This document shows positions 47,801 through 59,949 of a DNA stretch of 64,000 nucleotides, piece by piece. Numbering within the stretch: the first letter of the stretch is position 1; each line of letters opens with the position of its first letter. Made by a program: the position numbers and the translations under genes. Source of the DNA: Takakia lepidozioides (taxonomy: Eukaryota; Plantae; Bryophyta); NCBI GenBank assembly GCA_030704615.1, contig CM060731.1:64790001-64854000 (forward strand), read 5' to 3'. Below the pieces are notes generated by a model. The model was not told the origin of the DNA. It saw only the letters and a list, made by a program, of their open reading frames with translations, and searched no databases.

Positions 47801-50800
47801 GCAGGACAAGGTATGGTTCATATGAGTTCTTGGTGATGCCTTTTGGACTCACCAACGCTCCCGCGACCTTTAGCACGCTGATGAACAGCCTTTTCCAGGA
47901 GTGGTTGGATGACTTTGTGATCGTGTACATCGACGACATCTTGGTGTATTCGAAAACAAAGGAGGAGCACCTGGAGCACCTCAAAAGGGTGTTCTAGAAA
48001 TTGCGGGAAGGAAAGCTGTATGCCAAAGCTTCAAAGTGCGAATTTGGGGTCACAAAAGTGGAGTTCCTGGGGCATGTGATTACACAGGATGGGATCAGAA
48101 TGGATGACAGGAAGGTGAGGGCAATCTTGGACTGGGAGCCTCCGACTTCGGTCCCGGGAGTGCGATCCTTCCTAGGACTCGCCTCCTACTACCGGAAGTA
48201 TGTGAGAAATTTTGCCAAGATCGCGGGGCCGCTGTCAGACCTTCTGTGTAAATCCAAAGTCTGGGCATGGAACACCTTTTGTGGCCAAGCTTTTGCTGAA
48301 TTGAAGCAGCGGATGGCGGAAGCTCCAGTCTTGAAAATCCCGGAGTTCGATCGTCCGTTCGAGATTCATATAGATGCGTCGGACTTCGCGATTGGGGGTG
48401 TACTGATGCAAGATGGACGCCCAGTGGCTTACGAAAGTAAGAAACTGAATGAAGTGGAGCGACAGTGGCCGACGCACGAGAAAGAGATGAAGGCGGTGGT
48501 GCACTGTCTTGAGCTTTGGCGCCACTATGTTGGTTCCAACCTAGTGAAGGTATTCACGGACAATGTCACGGTGAAGTATTTTGCCACGCAGCCCAAGTTG
48601 TCCCCAAAACAACTTAGGTGGCAAGATACTTTGGCGGTGTTCGACGTGGATATCCAGTACAAACCGGGACGGGACAATGTGGTGGCCGATGCCTTAAGTA
48701 GAAAGCAGAAGCTTTTGTTGGTGTACAGGGGCGAGACGGCGCTCCAAAGGAAGATCCGGAAGGCTTGCCGGAAGGATGAGCTGGCGAAGTCCGTGATGCA
48801 GGACTTGAGGATGGGGGTTAAATCGCAGTTCCACTTGCAAAATGGACTGCTCCGGTATAAGCAAAAGCGTCTCTACGTGCCGAAGGGATCAGAGATAGCC
48901 TCTTGAGAGAATGCCATGATAGCCTGCTTGCGGGCCACGGCGGAGCCAAGCGCACTGCGGCACTCTTGAAGAAAGAGTATTTCTGGCCCAAACTGAGGGA
49001 GGAGGCAGACGAGTATGCCAAGACATGCACCACATGCCAACAAAACCGGAGCGAGTACAAAAAGCAAGCGGGGCTGTTACAACCCTTGCCGATTCCAGAG
49101 GGGACTTGGGAAAGCGTCTCAATGGATTTCATGACTGCTATGCCGCTGTCAAAAGGATTCGATGCAATCATGGTGGTTGTGGATAGGTTCAGTAAAATGG
49201 GCCATTTCATCCCCACCAAGGAGACGGCAATGGCACAGGAAACAGGGCGACTTTACTTCGCCCACGTCTTAAAGCATCATGGAGTCCCGAAGGATATTGT
49301 CTCGGACCGCGATCCAAAGTTTACGAGTAAATTTTGGAGGGCACTTTGGAAGAAGATGGGGACGAGGCTGAAGATGAGCACCGCCTTCCGACCTACGACC
49401 GACGGCCAAACAGAAAGAGTGAATTCCGTAGTGAAGCAGATCTTGCGGAATTACGTGTCGGCAGACCAAACAGACTGGGTGGAACACTTAGACGCGACAG
49501 AGTTCTGTTATAATAACACAAAACACTCCGCAATGGGAGTTTCCCCTTTCGTATTGGTCTATGGAAAAGCACCTCTGGTGCCGACAAGTTGGGCCGCCCA
49601 GGACGTTGAGGAACCGGCAGTAGCGGCAGTACTGGAAGAACGCGAGCAAAGCACAACATTGCCAAAGCTAGGAAACGGTATGAAAGGCAGGCAAATTGGA
49701 AGCGGAGGGAAGTGAAGTTTGAGGCAGGCATGGAGGTCTGGTTGAACATCAAGAATTTCCGACTACCTCCGGAAGTGAGTCCAAAGTTCGTACCTCCGTA
49801 TGCGGGACCCTTTTGCATCCGGAAGGTTATGAATGAGGATGTGTATGAATTGGAGCTGCCGGCAAACAGCAAGGTGCATCCAATATTCCATGTCTCCCTT
49901 TTGAAGCCTTACTTCAAAGATGAAGCGCGTCCGAATCGGCATCAAGTGTTGCGCCCGCCACCTGTGCTGTTGGATCATGAAAATGAACCTGAGTATGAGG
50001 TGGAGGCAGTACTTAAGTCAAGGAGGTTCAAGAACCGAGAAACGGAGTATCTCGTCAAATGGAAGGGCTATCATCATGTGGAGGCATCTTGGGTGCGTGC
50101 CTCAGAAATGGGAAACGCATCCGAGGCGGTTGCAGTTTTCGAAGGGCGACCTCAAAAACGGAAGAAGCGTTGATGGGGACATCAACCTTGGAGCGTGGGG
50201 GAGGAAATGCATGCTTAGCCCGGCTTAGCTAGCTTAGGAATCCGATTGCAAAAACTTGTACTGTACAAAAATTTGTTATAAAGGAAATGGGTTCCAAATG
50301 TTGTGCTTCCTATTTTGTTTGGAATGGTGATGCATGGTGTGGTTGGCTAGTGTGTAGAATGCATGGTAGCTTACAAAAGTGGGAGAAGTAAATTGGGTTA
50401 ATCGTGTGTTTGCGCAGTTCCGAAATCGGGTGACTTCCATCCAAAGGGGCAAGGAAACTTGCGCCTTCTTTAGGAGTTCACGTGCTAGTGCGCACCTGGC
50501 GCGTGCGCATACTATAACTGCGCTACCGAGGAGGTTGCTTTGTAGTGCGGGCTAACGCGGAAGCTACATGCTTCCGTTCACGTACTATAATCGTGTAGCC
50601 TTGGGACGAAGTCGTAGTGTGGCTTCGGCGTGTTCCCGTACCTCAGGCCAGCATTCCAAGGCGGACCCAATTGTAGTGATTGGGGCGCGCGGTTGGTTCA
50701 AGGTTATCTTCCTAGTCAAAGAGGGTTCGAGGTGAACCCTTGCTCAAGGTGATGCCAAAAGCGGCATCATAAGTGGTCGCAAGCAATGTTGTTGCAGTAT

Positions 50801-51806
50801 GGCGATTCGATCCTCGGGGAGGATCGTTCCTTGGCCTTGAAGTAGGCCAAGAAGAGTGCACTGGGAGGAGATTGAGAGGCTCCACCCTTGGGCGGGACTT
50901 GGAGGAAGTCGGCCGAACTAGCTAGTGGAGAGTAGAGTCAAGTGTGGGGTTTGGTTCTTTGCCATGGGACGCCATGGTACGGAAACAAACTCCTTGATGT
51001 GGGACGCCACAACTTGGATGTTCGTTTCCAAAATGTACAAGCCGATGAGGACATCGACTCCCTGTTGGTAGGGGTGTGTGTCGCGGCCCTTTGCCTTGAG
51101 GACAGGGGGGTCGGGACACAAGAGGGGCTGCCCCTGTGGTGGGGGCAGTGGCAGCGATAGGTATGGGGGGCTGAAGCACCCTTGAGTGCCCAAAGCACTC
51201 AAGGAGGCGGAGGCGCTCACTAGGTGGAGCCCCGCACACCGGGTTGCGGTGGGGGTGGCTCCACAAGGGGTGGTGGTAGCTTAGCGGGACTTAGTGGGGG
51301 TGGCATAGGACTCACCCTGGGGCGGAGACCTCGTGGCGGGAGTCGTGGGGAGTCTTGGGACTCATCACGGTCCATAGGGGCCGTGGTGGGTGGGCCAAGA
51401 CTCACCGCGACTCATCACCGGGAGTCGAGGGTGTTCGTGGTGGTTCGCCATAAAATGGCATGGTTGTTTGTGAAACCCCCGCGGACAGCTACAGAAGTAT
51501 ATATAGGGAGTAGTAACCCCGAGAACGGTGCAAGCCCGTTGGTGACCAAAAGCTAGTGAGTAAGCGAGCGAGCCGGAAAGCGACCAAAGAGTGGGGAGCT
51601 GTTCCGGACTGCCAACTACCAAAGGGAATTCCGCTGGTTCTAAATCATTGGAGGGTTCTTTGGGAGATCAAGGGGGGGACCGTTATGTCCCAGTGAGCAG
51701 CTGAAGCTCCAAGTTGGCCCGGCGGCCAGGTTGGGAGTTAGGCGCGCGCATCAAGCGAGTAACTGAGACTTGAGGGGGGGAGCTTACCGAAGTGAGGTAC
51801 GCGACA
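44851..51806 (+). mobile_element. Full-length Ty3/gypsy chromovirus (Galadriel-like by appearance)
   Basis: LTRs 44851-45576 and 51079-51806 (TG..CA), TSD TTGGG, PBS TGGTATCAGAGC at 45579-45590 (tRNA-iMet), and gag-PR-RT-RH-INT-chromodomain. Confidence 0.97.
45632..50173 (+). pseudogene. Chromovirus gag-pol with a C-terminal chromodomain
   Basis: [33 protein letters not shown] zinc finger, SMDF..SDRD..E, GPF, and YEVEAVL..YLVKWKGY..SW. Lesions: frameshifts at ~45735, ~48895 and ~49640, TAG at 47995. Confidence 0.95.
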
Positions 51807-51811
51807 TTGGG

Positions 51812-54725
51812 AGGGTTGAGACTGCAGCTCCTTAGCTGCTCCCTGGTCGTTTTCATAGACCACTCCAAGATCTCCAGACTACAGACATAGGCTTATTGTG
51901 TAAGTTTGGACATGTTACAATGTTCCTCATTGTGTAGAATCTAATGGAGCCCAAAGTGACTTGCAATGAATGTTGTTGAAAGAGCACTAGGACTCCTACA
52001 GAAGGGAATTTGTCAAAATATTGATGTTGTCGAATTTTGGGCACAAAGGTCTACTGTAGAGCATGGAGCAGAGCTGGCACGAGTTTTTTAAAGATCCTCA
52101 TCAATGGTGGGACAAAAGCAATTGCAAGGTGTGACTTTATTAATGTACAATGCAGAGAAATTTGTCCATCTTGCAAATGTGGGTTCTTACTGTTAGTATC
52201 ATGATTTGGTATCTTTCATGTTGTTGACAAGGTCCTTGGGAGGGTCAGGTTGGTCTTAGGAGCCTGAGTTTAAATCTATGGCTGCTCAGCTGGACCGTGG
52301 TGGTTTTCCTCGCAGACCCATCCGAGTTCACCTGACTACAAACACAAGCAGGACACACAGGAGGTCCTTTTGGGTTGATGGTCGGTTGAATCCTCCATGG
52401 TTGAAAGAAAAGCTAGCTGCCATGACACGAGGTCAAGGACAAAGTGGTAACGGCTCATTCTTCAGCACATTTCAGCCCGTTTTGCCCTCTTATCAGAGTC
52501 GACCCTGATTTCCATGTTGAATTCTACAAGTTAGCTTGTTGGGTTGATCTATGGTGGTCTAAATTTTTTTGGCATGTGACTGCCAATGTGGCAACAGGAA
52601 AGTATCCAAGAACATATAGGGATGAGGAGAAGCTGTGGAAGGATATTTTTCCGACCCCAGTCAATGGTGGGACGATCGAGGGAAAAAGGTGAATGCCTGT
52701 TACAATACAGAGAGAAGCAGACGCCATTCAGCATAGGAACTAGTGTGTTATGAGTAGGGTTGGGGTGTTTGCTAGAACAAATCTAGGCCGTCATTGTCAG
52801 CCGTTCAAAGCAAGGCGAGGATGTATGCGTGATGTGTGCAGAGGCTGGGATAGCTGAAGGAGCAGGGATAGAGTGTGGGTCCAGATTCATCCAATAGGGC
52901 AGAATATCAAGCACAAGATTACCTATGATTCCCAGTGGATCAGAGCTACAAAAAACCTGGGCACCTTCTTCTTCGACCTATTTCAGCTTGTTTTGCCCTC
53001 TCACCAGACTTGGCCCTGAGATGCATATTGAATGCTGTAAGTTAGCTCGTTGCTCGTTGATAAGTAGGGTTGGGGGTGTTTGCTGGAACAATTCTAGGCT
53101 GTCATTGTCAGCTACTAGCAGGAAGGCAAAGATGTATGCATGATTTTGTGCAGAGGCACAGATAGCTGAAGGAGTAGGGATAGAGTGTGTGTCCAGATTC
53201 ATCCAAGAGGGCCGGATTTCAAGCTCCACATTACCTATGATTCCCTGTGGAAGGATAGATAAGAAACCTGCATGGATAGATGGTCAACTGGAAGCCGCAG
53301 CAGCAATGACACAATTGATAAAATCAGACACTGCTAATGAAGGCACCTTCTTCAACACATTTCACCCTGTTTTCCCCTCTTATCATAATCGGCCCTCAAT
53401 TTTCATGTTGCATTCTGCAAGTTAGCTGTTGAGTGAATGTAGTTGGAAGTGACTTTGACATGATATTGCCAATGTGACAAGAATATGCATTAAACTCATT
53501 GGTAGCGGGATATTGGGATAACTCTTGGCCATGTGCCATAGTCAAAACTGAAATTGTACTAGTTGTCATTCTGAACACTGGCCTGGTGGACATGTATGCC
53601 AAATGTGGGTGCAGCAAGCCTGATGCGAAGGGAGAGTTCGACAACATGGCTAAATGAGATGTGGTGTTGTGGAGTGCCATGATTGCAAGGTATGTGCAAC
53701 ATGGGTGTGGGATTAAGGCTTTGGAAACCTAAGAGCAAATGATGTAGGAAAGGATGAAGCCAGACCAGGTCATGTTCATTTGAGATTGTAATATGCATAT
53801 GCGAGCCTAGAAGCTCTGGGAAGGGGCCAAGAGGTTCATGGTGACATCATCAAAGCTGGAATTGTACCTGATGTCATTATGAACATTCCCTTGCTGTACA
53901 TGTATATCAAATGCGAGCGTGGTAGCCCTGGAAAGGACGCATTAAAGGTCCATGGTGACATTGTCAAAGCTGGAATTGTACCACTAAATGTCTCTAAACA
54001 CTGCCTTGGTGGATATGTATGTCAAATGCAAGCCTGGCAGCCCTGAAAATAGTACAGAGGTCCACGGTAATATCGTCAAAGCTGGTATTGTATCTGATGT
54101 GATTCTGAATGTTGCCGTAGTGGACATGTATGCCAAGTTTGGGTACAACTACAAGGATACAAATGGCATGTAGTCTGATAATATGGCTGAATGAGATGTG
54201 GTATCAGCCTAGCCCATAATTGCACTTAACTAGAGTAGGCAATGAGTGAAGACGGGGTTCGTGGTGACATCGTCCAAGCTGGAATTGAATTGATGTCGTT
54301 ATGAAATATGCCCTTTGTGGTGAGGGCGTGCAGAGCAGGAGCGCGGGATGGGGCTTTGGAGACCTGAAAGCAAATGATGGGGGAAGGGGTGAAGCTCGAC
54401 CACATTATGTTTGTGTGCGTTTGCAGTGCGTGTGCAAGCCTGGCAAACCTAGAAAGCACATGCAAAGAGGTACATGGATGCATCACCAAAGCTGGAATTG
54501 TACCAGATGTGATTATGAACAATACCCTCGTGGGCATGGATAGCTGAAGGAGCAGGGATAGAATGTGGGTGCAGATTCATCCAAGAGGACCGGATTTTCA
54601 AGCTCCAGATTACCTATGATTCATTGTGGAAGGATAGCTAGAAGAAACCTGAATGAATAGATGGTCAACTGGAAGGCACAGCAGCAGCGGCACAATTGAT
54701 AAAATCAGGCACTGCTAATGAAGGT
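51812..54725 (+). pseudogene. Scrambled PDF-motif exons and PLS-PPR fragments inside the CACTA
   Basis: MEQSWHEFFKDPHQWWDK (~52062), SFWVDGRLNPPWLKEKL (~52370), repeated IHPR.PDF..SLW.D..KP.W.DGQL pieces (~52.9k, 53.2k, 54.6k) and decayed PPR motifs at 53530-54540. Confidence 0.85.
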
Positions 54726-55479
54726 AGTGGATTGCTGAAGTTTGAGAGATATCAGTGTATGCATCTTCTGCTCAGGCATTTGGAAGTCTACATAGACTTT
54801 GTAACTTTGTGCATTTTTGTAGCAGCACCAGATTAGATTATGGAATGGATCTTTGAACATTAAGTCACGTTGTATTCGAATTGATGTTCCAATTTCAAAT
54901 GTGCTTTCATGTTTCAATGGTGTTTTGGTGTGCTTTCAATGGTGCTTTCATGTTTCAATGCTGCTAGAGTTAGGCCCATGACTACGGTCATGTACACGAC
55001 TACCTCCCATCCACAGAGCCTGTGCCACTTTCACCCCTCGTGTTCGCCCATACTCGTGCCACGTGCAGTATCTAGAGTGCGCCATGGAAGTCATATGCTC
55101 CAGTCATAACGACCACCCCCATCCTGCATAATTTGATTCCACGTGTCATGTCCAGTCTTCTCCACGTGTTGTCATGGGGTTAATCTGCGGAAGTCATATA
55201 TGCTAGTCGTAAAGACCCTGTCGCCTTCCCTTTGACGTGACACGTGGCATATCCCTTCCGTTCCATGTGAAGCTGACATGGATTCGCATCATTTACTATG
55301 ATTAGGCGTTCCCGTTGCCACGTCAACAGTGAGCTCCACGACTGGCAGATACGACTTTATGGCGCTTACGACTCATTTGTCACAACAGACTGGGTTTATC
55401 TGACTGGGCAGTCATGCAGTCATAAAAGGCTGATACGACTAGAAAATAGCAGACGTAAAAGCCGGGATCTGTTGTAGTG

Positions 55480-55600
55480 GGACCACGGTGGTGCCTTCTC
55501 TTTCTGAGGCATCACGTCGTCAGGTGTTGGGGCAAGTGATGGATCTCAATTGCTTAACCTGGATTATCAGCTTGGCTATGGCTGAGCAACGTAGAGTGCG
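55480..55600 (+). pseudogene. C-terminal part (motif X) of the split DNMT3-like domain
   Basis: Removing the CACTA and one TSD restores the in-frame sequence GFSTGTTVVPSLSEASRRQVLGQVMDLNCLTWII. Confidence 0.88.
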
Positions 55601-55939
55601 GAATGCACTTCCCTTGACGGTCTCTCTACCTACCGAGACGGTACAGGCAGTGAGTGGGGGCGAGCCGGTGAGGACCACGGGGTGTAGACATCCATGGCAC
55701 ACGTGGGAGGTGCTCGAGGTTCAGAAGGAGTTGGCAGCCAAGGCGGCTGTGATGGATGAGGTTGGGGATTCTTTTCGGGTTGAGGAGGTCCTCAAGGATG
55801 AGATGATGGGGCAGGATGAGGCCTTGTCATTGACTGAGCAGGCAGGGAGTACTGCTTATAAGGTTGCGGCATAGCAACCACGGGATGCGTCTCCTACCTC
55901 TAAGTCTGCTGGATTTAAGGTTGCAGTTACGGAGGACAA

Positions 55940-58900
55940 TTGGGAGCCTGACATTAGACCCATTGTCACTGGAGGAGAGAGACGACATATACGATGGATC
56001 TTGAGGGCTTACATGAATTGCTTTGCCTTCAGTTTGAAGGATTTGGGAGCACTGAAGGGTCAGGAGATTCGTATTGAGTCGGCCACGGACATGCCAATCT
56101 TTCGGAGACCCTATAGATACAGTGACATGGAGAGGTCTTTGATTCAGATAAGGACTCAAGATCTTTGGGAGGCTGGTTTGGTAGAGCTCTCTGGTGGAGA
56201 GTATGCTTCAGCCACGGTGATGCCAGCCAAGAAGGATGTCTATGGCAATTGGACGGAGAGACGTATATGCGGTGATTACCGGCCTGTAAATCGTCAGACC
56301 AAGTCCGATAAGTATGCCATGCCCACACCGAAGGAGATCTTTGATGCCATTGGGCATGCCAAGGTCTTTAGCACTCTGGACTTGCGGTCCGGATACCACC
56401 GGTTGCCGATCAAGGAGGCAGACAAGCAGAAGACGACATTCTGGGGGATCAATGAGCTCGGGAAGGATTGCCTATATCAGTGGCGGTTCTTTCCATTCGG
56501 GCTTAAGAACGCTCCTACAGAGTTCCAGAGAGTCATGGACAGGATTCTAGTAGGGGTGGACTTTGCTTGGTGCTACATAGATGACATCATCATCTTTAGT
56601 GCTACGGTGGAGGAGCACGAGAGATACCTTCAAGTGGTGTTTGAGCGCTTGAGAGCGCACAGATTGAAATTACATCTGGGGAAGTGCTAGTTCTTCCACA
56701 ACCAGATTGAGTATCTGGGCCACATGATATATCCTGGAGTCCATTGGGGGTGCAACAGACTAAGGTAGAGGCCATCGCACAAATTCCACGCCCCACGGAT
56801 GTGAGCCGAATTCGAGCTTTCATGGGGTTGACAAATTACTATAGACGATTTGTCAAGGGATTTAGTGCTATTGCAAAGGCTCTAACCAAGCTAACCAAGG
56901 TAGACCAAGAGTGGCAGTGGGAAGATGAGCAAGAGCGAGCTTTTCAGGAGCTCAAGGCGAGGTTGACCTTGGCGGCCATCTTGAGACGACCTATCAGGGG
57001 GCGTCCCTTTTAGCTGCATACAGATTGGAACATGTTGGGGCTTGGAGCGGTGCTCACACAAGTGGATGATGAGAGAAGAGAGTTTGTAGTAGCTTATGCT
57101 AGCCGCTTGAACAACACTGCAAAGTCTAAGTATAGTTCATATGAGGGGGAGTGCTTAACTGCAGTGTGGGCCGTGGTACACTTCAGGTGCTATCTATACA
57201 AAAATTTCTTCACCCTTGTTACGAATCACCAGCCACTCAAGTGGTTGATGGAGTCAGATAAGCTTACGGGAAAGCTTGCACGGTGGGCACTTATACTCCA
57301 AGAGTATGACTTTCAGGTTGTGCATCGACCGGGTTTGGTCAATAGGGATGCGGATGGATTGAGTCGCAATCCATGCACGAGCCAGTAGGATGACACTGGA
57401 GCTCGGTGACATGGTGAGACGGACAAGGAAATGGTGCCGAGATGGCATTCATCTGCCTTTTTGTGTATCTTGGCATCGTGAGGTCAGGTTGGACCTACAA
57501 CAGGGATGACTGTAGACGGAGTGTCTGAGGACCCTGAGGCTAGTGATGAGCCAGGTGGTGCCAGAGATATATATGAGGTTTCGGTTGTGTTGGACTACCC
57601 CCGCACTGGAGACACGACAGCTAGTGTGACTGCCAAGAAGAGAGATCGGATCCTACAATGAGCCAAGAGGTTCAAGTGGGAGGGGATACACCTGCTTTGA
57701 GTGTGGGAGGATGGTCGGGTGAGGATCGTGCCTTGCCCAACACAGCGTGCACGGTTAGTGCAGCATGCCCATGAGGAGTTGAGGCATTTTGGAGTGCGAC
57801 GCACTCATAGTCTACTGCAGGAGTGGTATTGGTGGCGTGGTATGCACATAGAGGTGCAACAGTTTGTGGCTAGATGCATGGTGTGTGACAGGGTGCGTGC
57901 TTCATTCAACGGCCCTACACCACAGTTGCATCCTTTTCCCATCATGGGATTGGGCTACAGGTGGAGTCTTGATTTTGCAAGGCCTTTGCCACTGACGATG
58001 CGTCACCATAGATATGTGTTGGTGATGGTGGAACACTTCTCCAAGTGGATTGAGTTGGTTCCATTGCCTGACAAGGCTAGTGAGAGGGCTGCGTATGCAA
58101 TCCTGGATCATGTGCTTAGCCGATTTGGTGCTCCAGCTGAGGTACTCACGGACCAAAGAAGAGAGTTTTTGGGGGAGTTTCAGGCTTTGTGTGATAAAGC
58201 CTTGATAGACCACCGTACCACTTCTCGAAATCATCCTGAGGTCGATGGCTTGGCAGAGAGAATGGTTCACACAGTAAAGAGGGGTTTGCGCAAGTATGGC
58301 TTGCAAAATGGACACCTAGGAGATTGGGATCTTCAGGTACCTTGGTTAGCCATGGGCTACAGGTTTAGCAAGCAAGCATCACTTGCCTCCTTCTCACCAT
58401 ATTTCCTTCTCTTTGGCCGAGAGCCGCATTTGCCTGCATCTATTCGCAGGGAGGCTGCAGTAGTCCTCAACCTTGATGATCTGGATGTGTGGACATGAGC
58501 ATGTGCCCAACGGGCAGAGTTGTTCAAGAGGGTCATGCCTATGGCTTTTGAGAACCTTGCTATTGCCCAACACCGAGACACATTGAGGTATGCCTCTATA
58601 CGTGGAGGGGGATATCGGCCAGGTGTTTGGCGTTTCCACCCTTGGGACTATGTGTATCTACAGCAGACAGCGCCTACGACCTTGTCACAGCAAAACGTGT
58701 GATTCTAAGGGTCAAGGAGGTGTTGCCTTCAGGAGTGCTGATTCTGGAGGGTCGAGATGGCATGGTATGGAAGGACCATGTGCGTAATTGTGCACCATGT
58801 CACCTTCCACATGTGGATATCATGATAGATCCCAACCTTGCAGTGGTACCTGTAGGATTGCGTTGTATACTATGTGGGCATGTTCGTGGTGGCGCCACTA

Positions 58901-59007
58901 TGCTGGTGTGTGATCGATGCTCAAGAGGTTGACACATGGGATGCTTGACACCACCTCATGAGAGGGTTCCTGATAGAGATTGGTTATGTCCACACTGCTT
59001 GGGATAG
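55940..59007 (+). pseudogene. RT, RNase H, integrase and C-terminal PHD finger of the DNMT-gypsy
   Basis: CGDYRPVN, LDLRSGY, PFGLKNAP, YIDD; VVAYASR..YEGECL; HEELRH..CMVC; SLDF..TDQ..AERMV; C4HC3 finger CILC..VCDRCSRG*HMGCL..WLCPHC at 58864-59007. Confidence 0.92.
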
Positions 59008-59269
59008 TGGAAGTGGATATGACTAGTGCAAGCTAACAAGACATAGGAGGGGAAGCTCATAGGAGTCAATACCCGAGATCTCAAGCTCAAGTTCACAGGT
59101 TGCAAGATGGCGACTAACGATGGGACAACTCTTGTACCCGGCCTCTTGATCTATCGAGTTTGAGTGTAGTAGGGACAGTGGTGGAGGACTTAGTGAGGCT
59201 ATGGCCACTATCACATCTTGTGGCTACCTGGACTTAGAGGTACCTAAGCACCAGCTAGGGGGGCGATAG

Positions 59270-59748
59270 TGATGGACTAGTGGCTGCACTAGTGGTGACT
59301 AGTGGTTGTCTAGTGGCAGCCTAATGGTGCACTAGTGGTGGACTAGTGATAGACTAGTGTTTGGTGTGCACATGTGTTGTGTGGTTTTGGATAGCGATGT
59401 AGTTGTGTAGCAATATGTATGCGCACTACAGCTGTCAAGTTATTTTACCACTAGTGTGAAGTTAGCTAGGAAATAGCTAGCTTTTATATATTGACATTTG
59501 GGATTGACCCAAGTGTCAATCCAGGGGCCGATACATGTTTGGGCACCTGGTGTTGTTATCTTCATGGTAGATCGCAGTGGGCTCATCTTTCTCGAGTTGA
59601 GCCTCATCGCGTCTAGCTATGGCGCCATAGTGTGGATTCCCCATGGCGTGGGGTGCACTTGGCTCGACTTAATATATGAGTGATGTTTTCATGTGCAAAT
59701 ATGTGAGTTTGAGAGAGCTTGTGTGCTTGTATCTTCCTTTCTTTTTCA
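59270..59748 (+). repeat. 3' LTR of the DNMT-gypsy, followed by a restarted partial LTR (59752-~59908)
   Basis: Starts TG after a purine tract (agggggg, ~59257-59263) and ends CA. The ctagtgg ~11-bp periodic head recurs at 59752. Confidence 0.65.
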
Positions 59749-59949
59749 TTGTGATGGACTAGTGGAAGCCTAGTGATGGACTAATGGCTGCACTAGTGGT
59801 GACTAATGACAGCCTAGTGGTTGGACTAGTGGCTGCACTAGTGGTGGCTAGTGGCAGCCTAATGGTGGACTAGTGGCTGTACTAGTGGTGGCTAGTGGCA
59901 GCCTAGTGTCCTGGGGGGTGCACTCCAGCCAATATGTACTAGCCACGTG

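Larger units (their letters stand above)
43034..55479. mobile_element. Non-autonomous CACTA (Pack-CACTA) element carrying PDF/PPR gene fragments and a nested chromovirus
   Basis: TIR CACTACAACAGATCCCGGCTTTAACGTCTGC at 43034 and its inverse (one mismatch) ending TAGTG at 55479. 3-bp TSD GGA at 43031-43033 and 55480-55482. No transposase ORF seen. Confidence 0.95.
36974..59748 (+). mobile_element. Degenerate Ty3/gypsy LTR retrotransposon encoding a C5 DNA methyltransferase and a PHD finger, interrupted by a CACTA insertion
   Basis: Collinear gag, PR, DNMT, RT, RH, INT and PHD on the + strand. The 5' LTR remnant 36974-37033 matches the end of the 3' LTR (~59689-59748). Confidence 0.85.

Noticed and set aside
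47995-48000. Programmed readthrough in the chromovirus pol
   Set aside because: The TAG lies within RT and additional frameshifts are present, so it is a simple nonsense mutation.
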